Source of the DNA: an uncultured bacterium
GTDB taxonomy: Bacteria > Fidelibacterota > Marinisomatia > Marinisomatales > JAHJCW01
NCBI GenBank assembly: GCA_965369995.1
Contig: CBDURO010000007.1
Coordinates: 860 to 64,859, forward strand
Direction: 5' to 3'
DNA length: 64,000 bases
The position numbers and the translations under genes are program-made. The notes beneath the pieces were generated by a model. It worked only from the letters and a program-made list of their open reading frames with translations, did not search any database and was not told the origin of the DNA. Shown piece by piece: positions 62,159 through 64,000 of the stretch (the stretch's first letter is position 1; each line of letters starts with the position of its first letter).

Positions 62159-62464
62159 AAAAAACAAAAAAAGCACCGGAAGGTAGCTGTTAAAATTGTT
62201 TAAATAATTATTGTCTACATTCCGGGTGTTATGTAGACAATATTGATGATAAAGAGTTGGTTTAATAGCCAATTTATTATTTAATATTGACAATTCCATG
62301 TACAGTTAGACTTTATAAAGTTTTAATGGCAATCTCCGGGTTGCAAATAAACATAGGTCATTCATGATACAAGCTGTTAGAATATTTAGAAAAATAGGGT
62401 TAATTGTGAACAAACGGATTACTCTGGTATTACAGTTGGGAATCATAATATCGTAATTATTTAC

Positions 62465-62788
62465 TTATTGTTCTTTTTTCAAAGCTGAAATGAGTGAATC
62501 GAAAAAGGGTTTACTAAATCCTTTTGGAATCCCCTTTATTTTATCTTTATACGGATAAATTATTATCTTATTAGTAAAAATACCCCTTATCAATTTTGCT
62601 GATAAAATATTTTCTAGTGATATTTCAGACTTTGATACAACTGAATCGACATAAAGGGATTTCCCATCTCCTTTAGAAAGAAAAAATAATCTTTTGGTGG
62701 TTAGTATTATATCCCATCTAGCATAAAATCCGTTGTAAGGTTTAGGCGCCTTTGCTTTTGTTGTAATGTAAGCAAGTATTTTACCAAT
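62465..62788 (-). pseudogene. Start-less 107-codon open frame, PH/GRAM-like fragment
   Basis: Hand translation IGKILAY…WDIILTTKRLFFL…SEISLENILSAK…KKEQ*; preceded by an in-frame TAG within ATTGGT repeats. Confidence 0.4.
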
Positions 62789-62815
62789 CTACCAATTCAC
62801 CAATCACCTAAACCG

Positions 62816-63163
62816 TGGAGGCGGGGAGAGTCGAACTCCCGTCCGAAATAACACCTTGAAAAACATCTACATGCTTAGTCTACCGGATTAATCTTGTTCT
62901 TTAAACTGCCGGCGACCCCAATTAAAAAGAACCAGTCCAATCAATCTTATTCGATCCGCTTGGACAGCGAACCGAACCAGCCTATGTTTATGACGCCCTT
63001 AAATAAAACCATAGGCGCATTCTATTCAGGACGACTTACGTCTTAAGCGTAAGCTACGTTGCCGTAATTGGCACTTATTGTTTTTCCAAGAATATTCAAT
63101 TCCGTCTTGGCGGAACGCATGCCGTTAATCAACGTCTTTATCCCGTCGAAACCGGTCGCCCCC
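62816..63163 (-). ncRNA. ssrA: tmRNA; tag peptide (A)ANYGNVAYA* at 63072-63043
   Basis: 5' GGGGGCGACCGGTTTCGAC, 3' GGAGTTCGACTCTCCCCGCCTCCA; resume codon GCC after AATAAGT. Confidence 0.93.
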
Positions 63164-63448
63164 TTTTCAAATAACTGTTTAATTTACTGCAAGTTCCACA
63201 ATAAAAGAAGGCTCCGAACGCCAACCCGAAGCCTTTTTTTCGCTCGTTTTTTTACAACGAGCCAACATTTTCACTTGCCGACCTCCTAGTGTCAAATCTT
63301 GTTATCTAATCAAATTTTACCTCTAGGGGTATCTGAAAGATACAAGTTGATAAAATTAAAGAGCAACTAATAAAGTAAAATTCTTACAATTATTTTTAGT
63401 TTTAGGTCGAATTATTACATTCATTATTACTAATTTTGCCACCTTCAT

Positions 63449-63521
63449 GCGCCAGTAGCTCAATTGGCAGAGCAGTTGACTCTTAATCAATTGGTTGGGG
63501 GTTCGATTCCCTCCTGGCGTA
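63449..63521 (+). tRNA. tRNA-Lys (anticodon CTT)
   Basis: GCGCCAG/CTGGCGT acceptor stem, GTTGA-CT-CTT-AA-TCAAT anticodon arm, TTCGATT T-loop. Confidence 0.94.
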
Positions 63522-63528
63522 CTAACTT

Positions 63529-63552
63529 AACCCCGTTTAACAACGGGGTTTA
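63529..63552. terminator. Hairpin terminator between tRNA-Lys and the convergent gene
   Basis: AACCCCGTT-TAAC-AACGGGGTT. Confidence 0.65.
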
Positions 63553-63583
63553 TAGTATTTGAACCTATCGTGTTAAAATTGTA

Positions 63584-64000
63584 TCAGATCGTAAACTTAA
63601 GACCTATTCCTCCACCAATTGTAATAGGTGCACCGCTGCCAAAAATGATATTTGTCCTAAATTCAATTGGGATTGATATAAAATCACTAAATTTTATTAT
63701 ATGACCTATCCCTAGAGGAAATCCAACCGTCGTACCGGTACCATTCATAAATGTATATAATCCCGTTCCAGTTGTTAAATAGTATTGGTTGGCAAAATTT
63801 AATTGTATTAAAGCACCTATATGCCATGTCCAAATTGTACCCCACCGCCATCTATCGTATCCCGCCATTGTTTGATAGCGTTCTTCCCATCGGTAAAGCC
63901 GATTGAATCCGATTTCTCCTCCAATCGACATTCTGTCTCTCTCTAAAAATATCTGCACTAGACCTTTATAGTTGAATTGGTTCCAATCTACTAATCCTTC
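63584..64000 (-). CDS. Outer-membrane beta-barrel-like protein, 5' end outside window
   Basis: The frame stays open from 64000; amphipathic strands ending 'GGGIGLKFTI'. Confidence 0.55.
   Translation of the reverse strand, partial: EGLVDWNQFNYKGLVQIFLERDRMSIGGEIGFNRLYRWEERYQTMAGYDRWRWGTIWTWHIGALIQLNFANQYYLTTGTGLYTFMNGTGTTVGFPLGIGHIIKFSDFISIPIEFRTNIIFGSGAPITIGGGIGLKFTI

Noticed and set aside
62210-62245. ATTGTCTACAT…ATGTAGACAAT inverted repeat after argS
   Set aside because: It is single-copy in the window and most simply a terminator-like hairpin between convergent transcripts.
63068-63289. 73-aa plus-strand ORF
   Set aside because: It is antisense to tmRNA and its upstream hairpins.

Overview
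AT-rich bacterial window, probably from an FCB-superphylum lineage such as Marinisomatota. That is an inference from a T9SS/FlgD-like 'QNYPNPFN' tail, DUF5916-like proteins, an alpha2-type GlyRS and a long OstA-LptD. Positions 1-12 kb hold a minus-strand operon for a trans-envelope multiheme cytochrome system: a Cys-rich MerR regulator, a multiheme lipoprotein, a tandem-rhodanese lipoprotein, a beta-barrel porin, 11-, 4- and 4-heme cytochromes, two multiheme/cytochrome-b (CbcL-like) proteins and a NapC/NrfH-headed cytochrome. I count 74 CxxCH motifs by hand. The key observation is that the ORF track splits the first cytochrome in two at a single in-frame TGA (…PSGGG-TGA-GGEVVPLEPWEK…). That TGA is followed by a hairpin fitting the bacterial SECIS pattern, so this is a candidate multiheme selenoprotein, plausibly serving extracellular sulfur/polysulfide or selenium redox chemistry. 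The rest is mostly envelope and housekeeping genes (TBDR, SGNH hydrolase, DUF5916 pair, rarA, lptD, hisS, topA, glyQS, ggt, rlmN, mnmA, rsfS, argS), plus tRNA-Thr(CGT), tRNA-Lys(CTT) and tmRNA. A small tRNA-Thr-flanked islet carries degenerate tRNA copies with palindromic REP-like inserts in their D- and T-loops. All family assignments come from motif recognition, not database searches.
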